Part shown: positions 1-9,746 of the stretch, piece by piece
Position numbering within the stretch: the stretch's first letter is position 1
Layout: each line of letters opens with the position of its first letter
NCBI GenBank assembly: GCA_965242525.1
Contig: OZ251459.1
Span: forward strand, 2,400,001 to 2,464,000
Length of the DNA: 64,000 bases
Reading direction: 5' to 3'
Origin: an uncultured Candidatus Binatia bacterium
GTDB taxonomy: Bacteria; Desulfobacterota; Binatia; UBA9968; JAJDTQ01
The notes under the pieces: model-generated
Database searches by the model: none
What the model was told of the DNA's origin: nothing
Seen by the model: only the letters and a program-made list of their open reading frames with translations
Translations under genes and position numbers: made by a program

Positions 1-45
1 GATGCCGGAGACCTGCTGGTCGATGATCTGCGTAGCGAGAGACAT
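1..45 (-). CDS. 5' end of a gene running off the left edge (MSLATQIIDQQVSGI...), possibly AIPR-family
   Basis: ATG at 45 preceded by GGAAAGAGG RBS; open to the window edge; downstream of hsdM/hsdS on the same strand; family guess from only 15 aa. Confidence 0.4.
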   Translation of the reverse strand, partial: MSLATQIIDQQVSGI

Positions 46-88
46 GGTCCTCTTTCCGATGAGTTATGGAAACTCTGAACGATTACCT

Positions 89-352
89 CCGTTCGTCCTG
101 AGCGTAGCGAAGCGAAGTCGAAGGACGCGCTTTCGTCATTCCCGCGAAAGCGGGAATCCATCTCCAGAGAGGAAAGGCGGTCAGGAAATGGAATCGGGCA
201 AGGAAGATTGAGTGGATAGAGAAAAGTAATACGAGATGGAGAGGTTTGTACAACGAAAGCGATGAAAGTGGATTCCCGCTTTCGCGGGAATGACGGAGGG
301 TGGGCATCTGCGGGAATGACGGGGCAGGCCTCTGCGAAGCAATGACGGCGTG
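89..352. repeat. Intergenic palindromic repeat cluster: REP-like family A plus GTCATTCCCGCGAAAGCGGGAATCCA family B in inverted arrangement
   Basis: CCGTTCGTCCTGAGCGTAGCGAAGCGAAGTCGAAGGACG at 89-130; family B at about 135-160 and inverted at about 269-295, followed by decayed GGGAATGACGG units. Confidence 0.85.
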
Positions 353-419
353 ACCCTGGCGGTCCCTTCTCCTTCCTGCCTTACCTACACGAAAGCCGGA
401 GGATCCCAATTTGTAATCC

Positions 420-983
420 TCAGAGATCAAGCTCATTGATCCCGATCTCCTCTGTCATTAGCTTGTGCAAGAGTAACTTGAACAGATCGTCCAGGATAGC
501 ACCCTTCTTTTGATTGAGAGTGATTGTGTCCTGAACCTTCCAGAGCAGGTTCGCTATCTTCGCCTGCTCCTCCGAGTTGAATTCCGGTAGCTCGAAGTTA
601 CTGATGTGACGCCATGACGTCCGCGGATGCTGTACGCCGGTCGTGCCCGCAACGGCATGTTGGACAAAGCTCGGCATGTGGACGACTCCCACTACGAAGC
701 GCGGGTCAATGCCTTTCTTCGGACGGAGTACGAGCAACTCCGTAGTGCAGACACCTTTGTCGCTAGCCAGAACGGCTTTGTCAAGATACGGACGTAGCTT
801 TCCGTACAGCACGTCACCGGGTTGGAAGGCGTGTTTCGCGCTGTGAACTTCCGTGGCGCGCCCTTCCCCCTGTCTGACGAAGCGACCCGAAGCGATATGT
901 TCGAGTCCGACGTACAGATCGTCGGGGCGATCCGCGGGGTTGACAGGCGTTGCAATAGGATCGCAAAGGTCGGCGAGTTGCAT
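420..983 (-). CDS. hsdS: Type I R-M specificity subunit, half-size (single TRD)
   Basis: 187 aa; GDVLYGKLRPYL TRD motif, P...EQAKIA..L conserved helix, LFKLLLHKLMT end; directly downstream of hsdM. Confidence 0.8.
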   Translation of the reverse strand: MQLADLCDPIATPVNPADRPDDLYVGLEHIASGRFVRQGEGRATEVHSAKHAFQPGDVLYGKLRPYLDKAVLASDKGVCTTELLVLRPKKGIDPRFVVGVVHMPSFVQHAVAGTTGVQHPRTSWRHISNFELPEFNSEEQAKIANLLWKVQDTITLNQKKGAILDDLFKLLLHKLMTEEIGINELDL

Positions 984-992
984 ACTCGATCC

Positions 993-2840
993 TTACACCA
1001 ACCCACGCAGCGTAGTCAGCGCGGTTGCGAGATCGCGGGAGACTGCGACTTCCGTATTGGTGATTTCGTCAAAACGATCGAGAATGGTCTTTAGGTCCAG
1101 GGCTTCATCGTCCGTTGAGAATCCCACCCACCGACTCGGACTCAAGTTGTAGTCCGCCTCCTCCGCCTGTTCCCGCGTGATCACCGCGATCTCCCCCTCG
1201 ACCGCCTCCCCCCTCACGACCGCCTCCGCCAGCGGCCGCACGTCCTCCTCCGGGATGAAGTTCTTGGGCCGACCCTTGCGCACGCGCCGGCTGGCGTTCA
1301 GCAGCACGATCCGGCCCTTTCGCGCTGCGGGCTTGCGCTTGGACAGCACCACGATCACGCCTGCGGCGCTGGTGTTGTAGAACAGGTTGTCCGGCAGCAG
1401 GATCACGCCGTCGATCAGGTCGCGGTCCACGAACCACTTGCGGATGTTGCGCTCGCGGTCCTCGTGCTTGCTGCCCGAGCCGCGCGTCACCGCGCCCGTG
1501 TCGAGCACCACCGCGGCGCGGCCGCGCTCGTTCAGGCAGGCGAGGGTGTGTTGGAGCCATGCCCAATCGCCCTTGCCGCTGGTGACGCCGCCGCGGGGGC
1601 GGAAGCGGTCGAACGGGTCGTTGGCGAAGAGGTCGGGGCTGAAGGGCTGGTTCCACATGGGGTTGGCCACCACGACGTCGTGCGGGGCGATGCGCCCCGC
1701 GGGGGTCTTGAACTTGGGGTTGATCATGGTGTCGCCGCGCTCGATCTCGACTTCCATGTCGTGGATGATGGCGTTCATGTGGGCGACCGCGTAGCTCTCG
1801 GCCTGCAACTCCTGGCCGTGCAGCTTGAGCGGCACGCGGCTGGTGGGGTCCAGTTCCCGGGCCACGAGTTGGAGCTTGACCAGCAGCCCGGCGGAGCCGC
1901 AGGCGTAGTCGTGGCATTGCTCGCCGGGCCTCGGGCGCATGAGGTGCGCCATCAGGAAGCCGACCTCGGTGGGGGTGAAGAACTCTCCGGCGCTCTGGCC
2001 GGAGCCTTCCGCGAACTTGCGCAGCAGGTATTCGTATGCGCGGCCCAGGAAGTCGGGCTGCACGTCGGCAAGCCCGAGCCGGTAACGCGGGTCGGAGAAG
2101 GTCTCGACCACCGCGGCGAGCTTCGCCGGGTTGACGTCCCGCTCGCCGTTGCGTTCCGCGGCGAAGTCCACCAAGTCGATGACGCCCGAAAGCGAGGGGT
2201 TGTGCCGGGCCACTGCACGGGTTGCTTTGGTCAGGTGTTCCCCGATGTCCCTGGGCCGCGTGCTGCGTCCCTGGCCGTCCCGGGGCCATTCATGGACTGC
2301 ACGACCGCTGATCACTCCCCACCGCGCTTCCGGGGGCAGGTAGAAGCGCAGCACTTCGTGGTCGCTCTCCGCGATCTCCTGCGCGACGTCCGGGTCGCCG
2401 TATTCTTCGGCCAGCCGCTTGACCTCGTCGTCGAACACGTCCGACAGGCGCTTGAGGAACAGGAGCGGCAACAGGTAGTCCTTGAACTTGGCCGCGTCCT
2501 TCTCCCCGCGGATGGAGCAGGCCGCATCCCATAGCATCTGCTCCATGGGCTTGGTGGAAGGATCGGCCGTCCGGCGCCGGCGAGACCGCCGCCGCGTCAC
2601 CCGTGCCGCGGCTTCGGTAGGGGCCGCCGCCTCCGCGCCGTCCACCGCGGCTTCCGCGGCGAGCGCGGCGATGGCGTCCTGGGCGGCCTTCTGCGGCGTG
2701 GTCACGCCCCCTTCCCAGCGATTGACGCTGGCGAAGGAGACGCCGAGCCGCTCCGCAAGCTGTTCCTGTGTGAGGTCGAGTTTGGCGCGGATGGCGCGCA
2801 GGGTGCTCGAAACGGATCCCTTTGCTGTCATATCTGCCAT
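993..2840 (-). CDS. hsdM: Type I R-M methyltransferase subunit with N-terminal XRE HTH fusion
   Basis: [26 protein letters not shown]; [24 protein letters not shown] (motif I), ANPMW (motif IV), YNLSPSRW; exact start uncertain (2831/2840/2870). Confidence 0.9.
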   Translation of the reverse strand: MADMTAKGSVSSTLRAIRAKLDLTQEQLAERLGVSFASVNRWEGGVTTPQKAAQDAIAALAAEAAVDGAEAAAPTEAAARVTRRRSRRRRTADPSTKPMEQMLWDAACSIRGEKDAAKFKDYLLPLLFLKRLSDVFDDEVKRLAEEYGDPDVAQEIAESDHEVLRFYLPPEARWGVISGRAVHEWPRDGQGRSTRPRDIGEHLTKATRAVARHNPSLSGVIDLVDFAAERNGERDVNPAKLAAVVETFSDPRYRLGLADVQPDFLGRAYEYLLRKFAEGSGQSAGEFFTPTEVGFLMAHLMRPRPGEQCHDYACGSAGLLVKLQLVARELDPTSRVPLKLHGQELQAESYAVAHMNAIIHDMEVEIERGDTMINPKFKTPAGRIAPHDVVVANPMWNQPFSPDLFANDPFDRFRPRGGVTSGKGDWAWLQHTLACLNERGRAAVVLDTGAVTRGSGSKHEDRERNIRKWFVDRDLIDGVILLPDNLFYNTSAAGVIVVLSKRKPAARKGRIVLLNASRRVRKGRPKNFIPEEDVRPLAEAVVRGEAVEGEIAVITREQAEEADYNLSPSRWVGFSTDDEALDLKTILDRFDEITNTEVAVSRDLATALTTLRGLV

Positions 2841-2970
2841 GTTTGCATGTATAACACCCATCCGGGCCACTTTTCAACCCGTCCGACATTCTGGACGTCG
2901 GGATAGGTGACTACGGCAGGGGGAGTACGGTATCTAGCCGGTATGCAGTCGGTTGCCAACGGAGAGCATC

Positions 2971-3801
2971 ATGGTTGACGCTGACCTGAGACGCCGCATC
3001 CGTTTGGGTGAGGATTTCGACGAGACCGCCGTGCCTGGGGCGGCATTGTCCGACCTGCACTATTCGCTGACACGGCGTTTCCTGTCCGGAGACGTCGTCG
3101 ATGAGCCTTCGACCTCTGCGCATGAGGATGCCCTCGAAGCGTCCGAAGATACGTTGCGCAAGCTCCACGTGGTTACTGACGACGCGGACGGGAATGCACG
3201 GCTGACCCTCGCCGGCGTGCTCCTCTGCACGCCGGAACCCCAACAGTGGCTCCCTCACGCCTACGTACAGGCCGTCAGCTACGCCGGCGAGCGGACCGAC
3301 GTGGACTACCAGACCGACGCACGAGACATCGGTGGGCCGCTCGACGAGCAGGTTGCGGAAGCGCTGCACTTCGTGCGGCGGAACATGCTGGTGCGAGCAA
3401 CCAAGGTCCTTGCCCGGTCGGAACGCCCCCAGTTCAGCGAGCGGGCCGTGTTCGAGGCCATGGTGAACGCAGTGGCGCACCGCGACTATTCGATGGCCGG
3501 CGCCCGCGTGCGGCTCCACATGTTCGGCGACAGGCTGGAGCTCTACGTACCCGGCGCGCTGGTCAATACGCTTACCCCGGACAGCCTGCACCTGCGGCAG
3601 GCAAACCGGAACGAGCTCGTCGTATCCCTGTTGTCGCGCTGCAAGGCGCCATCCGGCGTCGGGCGCATACGGCTGATGGACCGGCGCGGGGACGGAGTGC
3701 CGATCATTCGTCGGGAATGCCGGGAGTTGTCGGGACTGCTGCCCGATTATACCCTCATCGACGACAGCGAACTGCGGCTGGTGATGTGGGCGGCGGCGTA
3801 G
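2971..3801 (+). CDS. RecG C-terminal-like/HATPase_c_4 domain protein lacking its usual N-terminal AlbA/Schlafen domain
   Basis: EAMVNAVAHRDYS, DRLELYVPG, RNELVVSLL, MDRRGDGV motifs; N-terminal RLGED joined directly to FDETAVP. Confidence 0.7.
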   Translation: MVDADLRRRIRLGEDFDETAVPGAALSDLHYSLTRRFLSGDVVDEPSTSAHEDALEASEDTLRKLHVVTDDADGNARLTLAGVLLCTPEPQQWLPHAYVQAVSYAGERTDVDYQTDARDIGGPLDEQVAEALHFVRRNMLVRATKVLARSERPQFSERAVFEAMVNAVAHRDYSMAGARVRLHMFGDRLELYVPGALVNTLTPDSLHLRQANRNELVVSLLSRCKAPSGVGRIRLMDRRGDGVPIIRRECRELSGLLPDYTLIDDSELRLVMWAAA

Positions 3802-3894
3802 GGAGCGGACTCGATTTCCCTCTCCCTATGGGAAAGCGCGTCCTTCGACTTCGCTTCGCTACGCTCAGGACGAACGGGGATATTGTTCGAAGTT

Positions 3895-4095
3895 TCCTGA
3901 AGCAGGTCGTTTGCCTTGCGAACTCCCGGAAGCTATCGGGCCGGTGCATCGCGGGCCGGGAACGGAGCGAAGGACGTGGAGCAGGGAGTTGGGTTCGGCC
4001 GGTGTGTGACCTGTTCCGGTCGCGCGAGGAGGCCGTTGCGCAGGCCGTCGCGCGTCAGGCCGGGCGCATCGGCTTCGTGCGCGAGAGTCCTGGGG
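3895..4095 (+). pseudogene. Relic fragments: dual-OB-domain protein N-terminus joined to a DUF488-like C-terminus
   Basis: KQVVCLANSRKLSGRCIAG...WVRPV followed by DLFRSREEAVAQAVARQAGRIGFV; no start codon; families recognised from memory. Confidence 0.45.
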
Positions 4096-4123
4096 AGGAG
4101 CCGGCCGTCCTCCCCGCCGCCCG

Positions 4124-4828
4124 TCACTCCCCGAACGTGGCGCGGTAGTCCTCCCATGCCTTGGGGCCTGCCCGGTCGAAGACCTTCTCGCGCACTCCGC
4201 CGGCGTATTGGGCGGGGATGAAGTTGATCTTTTCGGTGAACGAAGGCTTCAGGCGAACGCCCTTGGCGCGCAACTCGTCCGCCATGACGAGGTTGTCCAG
4301 GACCGTGCGGATCTCCTCGTGGTCGGTCCACATGGCCTTGTACACCACCCGGCCGTCCTTGCCGACCACATAGACCATGTTGGGGAGGACGCCGTAGAGC
4401 CGGTGCACCGCGCCTTCGATGTCGTCCACCAGCAGCGGGTTCTCGATGCCGTCCTGCTCCCGGCAGTGACGTGCGTATTCCAGTTTTTGCTCGAAGTCCG
4501 CATGCGGGCCGTAGCGCTCCCCGGGATGGGGCTCGCGCACGTAGATGGTGAGGAACTCGAAGCCTCGGTCGCGGTAGTCCCGGTACAGTTCGTTGAGGGG
4601 CGAGACCTCGCCCACGAAGGGCGGTCAGGTGATGCTGCCGAATTCCAGCAGCACGTGCTTCCGATCCCTGAACCCGGAGAGCCGGACCGTTTCCCCTTCG
4701 AGGGTGGGGAGGCTGAAGTCGGGCGCCTCCTCGCCCGCCCGCAGGCGCCCGGCGAAGTCTCCGGCCTTGTTCGAGCTCTCCGACCGGTCGAAGGTATGGT
4801 AGTTGTAAGCGGCCAACGACTGTTCCAT
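4124..4828 (-). CDS. Deiodinase-like (thioredoxin/AhpC fold) selenoprotein, about 234 aa, Sec encoded by UGA at 4627-4625
   Basis: ORFs 4625..4873 and 4124..4615 are in frame; readthrough gives APDFSL...LLEFGSITUPPF...FLTIYVREPHP...LLVDD; SECIS-like hairpin follows the UGA; AAGGAG RBS before ATG 4828. Confidence 0.88.
4598..4613 (-). promoter_or_regulatory. Putative bacterial SECIS element
   Basis: mRNA reads UGA-CCGCCCUUCGU-GGGCG-AGGUCU-CGCCC; stem starts 11 nt after UGA with an AGGUCU apex as in E. coli fdhF SECIS. Confidence 0.75.
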
Positions 4829-5009
4829 CCGTTGCTCCTTTCCTCCGAGGCTGACGGGCAGGCCGTCCGACACCGCGGGAATCTACTGCGAAAGGAAACC
4901 CTGAACAACCCTCCCCGTTCCCTGTCCCCGTTCGTCCTGAGCGTAGCGAAGCGAAGTCGAAGGATGAACCGATGTCTCCGCTACGCTCAAGACGAACGGG
5001 GACAGGAGG

Positions 5010-5984
5010 TCAGGACCGGGAATCCTCTTCCAGGGCTTCCATGAGCGCACGCATGTCGTGCGGCGGGGGCGCGGTCCATTCGAGGGGCTCGCCGGTCTCC
5101 GGGTGGCGCAGCCCCAGCCTTTCGGCGTGCAGCGCCTGACGCCGGAAGCCGCGCAGCCGCTCGGCCAGCTTCGGTCCCGGACCCTCGTGGTTGCGACTGC
5201 GGCCGCCGTACACCGGGTCGCCGAGGACCGGGTGTCCGATGTGCGCCATGTGCACCCGGATCTGGTGCGTGCGCCCGGATTCCAGCCGGACCTGCAGGAG
5301 CGTGTGGCTCCGGTACGCCGCCTTCACTCGGTAGTGGCTGGCGGCCTCCTTCCCGCGGGCGCGCACCGACATGCGGGTTCGGTGGACCGGGTGCCGCCCG
5401 ATGGGCGCGGTGACGGAGCCCCCGGCGCGAACCACGCCCCGGACGAGGGCCAGGTATTCCCGCTCGACCTTTCGCGCCTGTAGCTGCCGGACCAGGCGCA
5501 GTCGCACGGCGTCGCTCCTGGCCACCGCCAGCAGCCCCGACGTGTCCTTGTCCAGCCGGTGGACGATACCGGCCCGCGGAACGGCCCGGAGCTCGGGTGC
5601 ATAGTGCATCACCGCGTTGAGCAGGGTCCCCTCCGGGTTGCCCGCTCCGGGATGCACCACCATTCCGGGAGGCTTGTTGACCACCAGCAACGCGGCGTCC
5701 TCGTGGACGATCTCCAGGGGTATGGCCTGGGCCTTCCAGGAGGCGCCGACGGATTCCTTCGGCGGCAGGTCCATCTCGATGACCGCGCCGACCGAGACCT
5801 TGTCCGAGCACTCGGGGACGCGGCCGTCCAGCCGGACGTGCCCCCCGCGGACCCATCGCTGGAGCCGCGAACGCGAGTAGTCCGGCAGCAGCGCCGCCAA
5901 AGCCGCGTCCAGCCGCTTGCCCTGGAGCGTCTGCGGCGCCTCGACGCGGATACCGGATTCTCGCTCTTGGGTATTCGTGTTCAT
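5010..5984 (-). CDS. rluD: 23S rRNA pseudouridine synthase (RluA/RluD family)
   Basis: S4 domain (RLDAALA...SRSRLQRW), VVNKPPGMVVHP, HRLDKDTSG, GRTHQIRVH, GDPVYG, QALHA. Confidence 0.92.
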   Translation of the reverse strand: MNTNTQERESGIRVEAPQTLQGKRLDAALAALLPDYSRSRLQRWVRGGHVRLDGRVPECSDKVSVGAVIEMDLPPKESVGASWKAQAIPLEIVHEDAALLVVNKPPGMVVHPGAGNPEGTLLNAVMHYAPELRAVPRAGIVHRLDKDTSGLLAVARSDAVRLRLVRQLQARKVEREYLALVRGVVRAGGSVTAPIGRHPVHRTRMSVRARGKEAASHYRVKAAYRSHTLLQVRLESGRTHQIRVHMAHIGHPVLGDPVYGGRSRNHEGPGPKLAERLRGFRRQALHAERLGLRHPETGEPLEWTAPPPHDMRALMEALEEDSRS

Positions 5985-6138
5985 GTGGATGAAGGCCGCC
6001 GGCCAGAGGGCCGCCGATTCCCGCAGGGACCGACGGGACCGACGTCGAAGCTTGTTCCTTTCGCCGGTGGATTGCAACGGAACCGCGCCGGGGCGGTCCT
6101 TCCGCCCGCTGAACCTGCCCGGTTGAGGAGATGGGAAA

Positions 6139-6231
6139 GCGCGTCCTTCGACTTCGCTTCGCTACGCTCAGGACGAACGGGGGGATCTTCGCTACGCTCA
6201 GGGTGAACTTCCGCTACGCTCGGGACGAACG
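6139..6231 (-). repeat. Tandem REP-like family A copies
   Basis: About three successive reverse CGCTACGCTCAGGACGAACGG units. Confidence 0.8.
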
Positions 6232-6369
6232 GAGGTCTTCGTTCCGGGTTTCCTGGAGGGCTCTTCGGGAATTCGTGTGGATTGTGACACTCCCCACGCA
6301 CACGATGAAGTCGGCTTTCTTCCCATTCCGACCATGCCGTCTTCGGTTTGGCGTCGCGGACGCCCCACT

Positions 6370-6632
6370 CCGTCATTCCCGCGAAAGCATGTCCTCGCGG
6401 AAGCGGGGGCGGGAATCCACTTTTCTCGACTTCGGGAACCTCTGAACAATCGAGACATCCAGGATGGATTCCCTCACCCTGACCCTGTCTCCGTTCGTCC
6501 TGAGCGTAGCGAAGCGAAGTCGAAGGACGCGCTCATGCCCCCTGCCCTGATTGATCAGAGGTTCCTTCGTTGTCAAAATGGATGGATTCCCGCCCCCGCT
6601 TCCGCGAGGACATGCTTTCGCGGGAATGACGG
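6370..6632. repeat. About 50-bp perfect inverted repeat pair (family B variant) enclosing a MITE
   Basis: CCGTCATTCCCGCGAAAGCATGTCCTCGCGGAAGCGGGGGCGGGAATCCA at 6370-6419 and its reverse complement at 6583-6632. Confidence 0.85.
6435..6565 (+). mobile_element. MITE (131 bp) carrying an internal REP-like palindrome; TSD TTCG
   Basis: TIRs GGAACCTCTGAACAATC / GATTGATCAGAGGTTCC; TTCG at 6431-6434 and 6566-6569. Confidence 0.85.
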
Positions 6633-6810
6633 AGTAGGCGTCTGTGGGAATGACGGGGGTAGGCGTCTGCCGGAATGACGGCGTAGGCGTCTGCGGAGCA
6701 ACGACGGCGTGACCCCTGTCGCTCCCGTCTCCCTCCTGTCTTACCCATACGAAAGCCGGAAGCGCCTCCTTGAGATTGACGGGCGCGGCCGCGGGACTTA
6801 GACTTGGCCG

Positions 6811-8181
6811 ATGGACCTGCGAACTTACCTCGAGTCCGTGAGGCGTGCGGCGCCCGACCGGCTGCTGGAGGTCACCGACAAGCACGACATCCGACTGGAG
6901 GTCTGCGCCATGATCGCCGACCTGGAGAAGCGCAAGCAGGACCCGCTGGTGCTCTTTTCCCACATCGACAACCTGAGCGGCGAGCCGTCGGAGTTCCCGC
7001 TGTTGATGAACGTGTTCGCGTCCCGCGCCGCCTGCGCCGCGGCCCTTGGCCTTGCGCCCGAGCAGGCCGGACGGGAGCTGATGATCGAGTTCCAGGCCCG
7101 GGAGGCGCGGCGGGAAACGCCGGTGGTCGTGGGCGCGGACGACGCTCCGGTGAAGCAGGTCAAGATGGACCCCAACCTCCACTTCCTGCCGGTGTTGACG
7201 CACCACGTGGCGGACCGGGGCCCCTACCTCACCATGACGTGGTCCGCCCGGGATCCGGACACGGGCATCTACAATTCCTCTTTCCACCGCTGCTACGTGC
7301 GCGACCCGAACCACGTGGTGATGTTCTTCGAGCGCCGCCACCTCTGGGACTACTACGTGCGCGCGGAACGACGCAACGAGGCGCTGCCGGTGGCCTGCGT
7401 CGTCGGGCACCACCCGGCCTACTACCTGGGCAACTGCATCCTCAACGGCATTGCCGACGACGAGTACGAGAGCATCGGGGGGCTCATGGGAGAGCCGCTA
7501 CGGCTGGTGGCGTCCGAGACCTTCGGCGAGGAGTTGCTGGTGCCCGCGGACGCCGAGATGGTCATCGAAGGCCGCGCGCTGCCGCACCAACGGGACATGG
7601 AAGGGCCGTTCGGCGACTTCACCGGCCTGTACGGGGCCGCGGGCGAAGCCCCCGTGGTGGAGGTCACCGCCATCACCCATCGTCGGGGCGCGTACTGCAT
7701 GGACGTCCTGGCGGGCCATCGAGACCATCGCCTGCTGGGCGCCGTGCCCAAGGAGGGCAGCATCTACCGCAAGGTCCGAGCGGTGGTGCCCACCGTGAGT
7801 TCGGTGTGCCTGCCCATGAGCGGCGCCGGCCGGTTCCACTGCTACATCAGCATCGACAAGCGCTGCGAGGGCGAGGCCAAACTGGCGGCCATGGCCGCGT
7901 TCACCGGGTCGGAATTGCTCAAGCACGTGGTCGTGGTGGACGCGGACATCGACGTGTATGACGAGGAAGAGGTGCTCTGGGCGGTGGCCACCCGGGTGGA
8001 CGCGGCCACCGACGTCTCGATCATCGACCGGGTCAAGGGCAGCCGCCTGGACCCCGTGCATCCGGGCCGGGACTGGGGCTCGAAGCTCATCATCGATGCC
8101 TGCCGGAACGAGGGCATCGAGTTCCCCGAGCGCATCGCTACGGCCGGGTACGGGAAGCGGGCAGGGGAATCCCGCGGGTGA
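6811..8181 (+). CDS. UbiD family decarboxylase
   Basis: DRGPY, YNSSFHR, VPADAEMVIEG, EGPFGDFTG, VVVVDADIDV, VLWAVATR, SKLIIDA. Confidence 0.9.
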   Translation: MDLRTYLESVRRAAPDRLLEVTDKHDIRLEVCAMIADLEKRKQDPLVLFSHIDNLSGEPSEFPLLMNVFASRAACAAALGLAPEQAGRELMIEFQAREARRETPVVVGADDAPVKQVKMDPNLHFLPVLTHHVADRGPYLTMTWSARDPDTGIYNSSFHRCYVRDPNHVVMFFERRHLWDYYVRAERRNEALPVACVVGHHPAYYLGNCILNGIADDEYESIGGLMGEPLRLVASETFGEELLVPADAEMVIEGRALPHQRDMEGPFGDFTGLYGAAGEAPVVEVTAITHRRGAYCMDVLAGHRDHRLLGAVPKEGSIYRKVRAVVPTVSSVCLPMSGAGRFHCYISIDKRCEGEAKLAAMAAFTGSELLKHVVVVDADIDVYDEEEVLWAVATRVDAATDVSIIDRVKGSRLDPVHPGRDWGSKLIIDACRNEGIEFPERIATAGYGKRAGESRG

Positions 8182-8227
8182 AGGAAACCGACGGACGGCA
8201 GGGGTCCGGCGTTCAGGAGTAGGGTAT

Positions 8228-8695
8228 ATGCCTTGGTGGGGCTGGGTGAGCTTCGGCATCGTCTTGATGGGGTTGGAGTTGACCGCCGTGGACGCCGCCT
8301 TCTACCTCGTTTTCGTCGGAGCCGCGGCGGTCTGCGTGGGGGTCCTGGGGTTTGCGGGAGTGGCCATGCCCGTCTGGGGCCAACTGCTCGCGTTCGCGGC
8401 GCTTGCCGTCGTATCCATGGTGTGGTTCCGGCGCAAGCTCTACGACAAGGTCCGGGGCGGACTGCCGGGCTTCGAGTACGAGGTGGCCGGCACGGTGGTG
8501 TCGGTCCGGGAAGAGGTGCCCCGCGGGGGGCGGACGCGGGTCCGCATGCAGGGGACGCAGTGGGCCGCGGTGAACGTCGGGCCGGCGTCCATCCCCGCGG
8601 GCGCCCGTGCGCGCGTGGTCCGGAGGGACGGCGTGGGCCTGTCCATCGAGGGGCTTGCGGACGACGAGGGGAAACCATCCGAGGAGGAGAAATAA
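8228..8695 (+). CDS. NfeD-like C-terminal domain membrane protein
   Basis: Hydrophobic N-terminus, GTQWAA...GARARVVRRDG OB-fold; stop abuts the SPFH start. Confidence 0.85.
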   Translation: MPWWGWVSFGIVLMGLELTAVDAAFYLVFVGAAAVCVGVLGFAGVAMPVWGQLLAFAALAVVSMVWFRRKLYDKVRGGLPGFEYEVAGTVVSVREEVPRGGRTRVRMQGTQWAAVNVGPASIPAGARARVVRRDGVGLSIEGLADDEGKPSEEEK

Positions 8696-9673
8696 ATGGA
8701 AGCGAACCTGGGGAGCTTGGGGAATATCGGTCTTCTGGTCACCGCGGTGGTCATCGCCGTCGTCGTGCTGGTGGTGCTCATCAAGACCGCGGTGGTGGTG
8801 CCTCAGCAGAACGCCTACGTGGTGGAGAACCTGGGCAAGTACTCGCGCACGCTCAGGCCCGGTTTCAACATCCTGGTGCCGTTCCTGGAGCGGGTCGCAT
8901 ACCGGCACAGCCTCAAGGAGCACGCCCTGGACATCGAGGAGCAGATCTGCATCACCGCAGACAACGTCCAGGTGGGCGTGGACGGAGTCCTCTACCTCCA
9001 GGTGATGGACGCGCAAAGGGCGTCCTACGGCATCGGCGATTTCGTGTTCGCCATCTCGCAGCTCGCGCAGACCACCCTGCGCAGCGAGATCGGCAAGATC
9101 GAGCTGGACAAGACCTTCGAGGAGCGGGGCCACATCAACCAGTCCGTGGTGGCGGAACTCGACCAGGCGTCCGACCCCTGGGGCGTCAAGGTGCTCCGGT
9201 ACGAGATCAAGAACATCAACCCGCCTGCGGACGTGCTTTCCGCCATGGAGAAGCAGATGCGCGCGGAGCGGGAGAAGCGCGCCACGATCCTGCAGTCGGA
9301 AGGCGAACGGGACGCCAAGATCAACGAGGCCGAAGCCGAGAAGCAACGGGTCATCAAGGCTTCGGAGGCGGCCAAGCAGCAGCAGATCAACGAGGCGGAA
9401 GGCGAGGCCGCGGCCATCCTGGCGGTGGCCGGAGCCACCGCCGAAGGCCTGAAGAAGGTAGCGGAGGCGCTGGATTCGGACGGCGGCGACAAGGCCATGC
9501 AGCTCCGGGTGGCGGAGAACTACCTGGAGCGCTTCGGCAACCTGGCCAAGCAGGGCAACACGCTCATCGTCCCCGCGAACCTGAGCGACGTATCGTCCAT
9601 GATCGGCGCCGCCACCACCGTCCTGCGAAGCACCATGGGGAGGAGCGACCGGGAGCCGGGCCAAACCGGGTAA
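8696..9673 (+). CDS. SPFH/stomatin-like (QmcA/paraslipin) protein
   Basis: VPQQNAYVVE.LGKY, ITADNV, AQTTLRSEIG, WGVKVLRYEIK, MEKQMRAERE. Confidence 0.93.
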   Translation: MEANLGSLGNIGLLVTAVVIAVVVLVVLIKTAVVVPQQNAYVVENLGKYSRTLRPGFNILVPFLERVAYRHSLKEHALDIEEQICITADNVQVGVDGVLYLQVMDAQRASYGIGDFVFAISQLAQTTLRSEIGKIELDKTFEERGHINQSVVAELDQASDPWGVKVLRYEIKNINPPADVLSAMEKQMRAEREKRATILQSEGERDAKINEAEAEKQRVIKASEAAKQQQINEAEGEAAAILAVAGATAEGLKKVAEALDSDGGDKAMQLRVAENYLERFGNLAKQGNTLIVPANLSDVSSMIGAATTVLRSTMGRSDREPGQTG

Positions 9674-9746
9674 CGGCCCGCGCCGGGAACGGCGACGGCA
9701 GGGCGGGCAGCCCGTGGAACCCCTTCCGTCCGCAGGCCGCCCGCGC

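Noticed and set aside
2-436. ORFs containing [20 protein letters not shown] or RHSRESGNP (also near 6.1-6.7, 12.9-13.5, 15.1-15.4, 16.4, 35.7 and 52.2-53.2 kb)
   Set aside because: These are translations of the intergenic repeats, not genes.
4124-4873. Two separate genes or a nonsense pseudogene
   Set aside because: The UGA falls exactly at the catalytic Cys/Sec position and is followed by a SECIS-like hairpin.
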